Notes under the pieces: model-generated
Told to the model about the DNA's origin: nothing
The model's input: the letters and a program-made list of their open reading frames with translations, nothing else
Databases searched by the model: none
Translations under genes and position numbers: made by a program
Origin: Alphaproteobacteria bacterium
Lineage (GTDB): Bacteria; Pseudomonadota; Alphaproteobacteria; UBA828
Length of the DNA stretch: 64,000 nucleotides
Assembly: GCA_965237415.1 (NCBI GenBank)
Contig: CBDEFM010000002.1
Coordinates: forward strand, 2,528,001-2,592,000
Reading direction: 5' to 3'
Shown here: positions 62,369-64,000 of the stretch, piece after piece
Position numbering within the stretch: position 1 is the first letter of the stretch
How the letters are laid out: every line of letters starts with the position of its first letter

Positions 62369-62662
62369 ATGGCCGTAACAACGATCAAATCGACCTATTC
62401 GCTCGATGTGGAGACGGTGCGCACGCTGGAGTCGCTGGCACGCCGCTGGAACGTGTCGAAGTCCGAGGTGCTGCGTCGGGCCATTCGCTCGGCGGCGCGG
62501 GGTGAAAGCCCGCGCGCGCGCGAAAAGCTAGCTGCCCTCGACAAGCTGCAGGCTTCGATGAAGGCGCGAGGTGTCGATTTTGCGGCTTGGGAGCGAGAGG
62601 TTCGGGCCACACGTGACGCATACTCACGCAAGCGGTTAGACGCTCTCGATGATCCATCTTGA
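62369..62662 (+). CDS. Ribbon-helix-helix (CopG-like) antitoxin
   Basis: KSTYSLD.ETVRTLESLARRWNVSKSEVLRRAI; overlaps the PIN gene. Confidence 0.8.
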   Translation: MAVTTIKSTYSLDVETVRTLESLARRWNVSKSEVLRRAIRSAARGESPRAREKLAALDKLQASMKARGVDFAAWEREVRATRDAYSRKRLDALDDPS

Positions 62663-63026
62663 TACGAGCTTTCTGATACGGGGGTTCGTGTCTGGGACGT
62701 CCGAGAGCCGTGCGCTGCGCAAATGGCTCGGTGCCGACGAAACTCTGGCGGTCAGCTCGGTCGCCTGGATGGAGTTCCTTTGTGGACCCATCGAGCCGCC
62801 GGAAATGGAGTTCGCCACCAGCATCATCGATCGTCATATCGACTTCACATCCGCGCACGCTGAGATTGCTGCGCGCCTGTTCAATTTGTCGGGGCGCAGG
62901 CGCAGGCTGTTCGTGGACTGCACGATTGCGGCGACGGCGATCGCCGAGGATGCACGAATTGCGACCACCAACGAACGTGACTTTCGCCGGTTCGAGAGCG
63001 AGGGCTTGATGCTCGCGCTCGCGTAG
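62649..63026 (+). CDS. PIN-domain (VapC-like) toxin
   Basis: MIHLDTSFLI, WMEF, DCTIAATA, TTNERDF retain the acidic PIN residues. Confidence 0.88.
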   Translation: MIHLDTSFLIRGFVSGTSESRALRKWLGADETLAVSSVAWMEFLCGPIEPPEMEFATSIIDRHIDFTSAHAEIAARLFNLSGRRRRLFVDCTIAATAIAEDARIATTNERDFRRFESEGLMLALA

Positions 63027-63044
63027 GCCGTCGCCATCGCCTGC

Positions 63045-64000
<956 letters not shown>

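Overview
This is a very GC-rich chromosomal window, probably from an alphaproteobacterium (DnaJ-cobS-cobT, a long AsmA protein, DUF4169, dapD-dapE). It is mostly housekeeping genes mixed with many catabolic enzymes: SDRs, GMC oxidoreductases, class-III aminotransferases and amidohydrolases. I saw no rRNA, tRNA, CRISPR array, transposase or integrase. The main signal is two separate urease-like loci about 20 kb apart (22.7-25.9 kb on the minus strand, 46.2-49.5 kb on the plus strand). Each has a fused gamma-beta subunit and an alpha subunit that keeps all di-nickel ligands. In both, the motifs lining the urea pocket are remodelled: a shortened GGGTGP...ATTCTPG loop, DSQAMGR to DSQGMGR, and altered FGGGK and ASIPTPQP motifs. 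The accessory genes are split, with ureF only at locus 1, ureD only at locus 2, and no ureE or ureG in the window. Locus 1 is followed by a CodA-like amidohydrolase with non-canonical catalytic residues. Together these suggest a Ni-amidohydrolase system acting on something other than urea (inference). Non-coding signals include a 168-bp MITE with 23-bp terminal inverted repeats and an 8-bp target duplication, nested in a palindromic repeat. There is also a three-copy intergenic repeat, two copies of which carry a phased GGGAT array, and one of those sits between a response regulator and its kinase. Toxin-less antitoxin remnants lie beside both urease-like loci. All family assignments come from motif recognition by eye, not database searches, and several start codons are best guesses.
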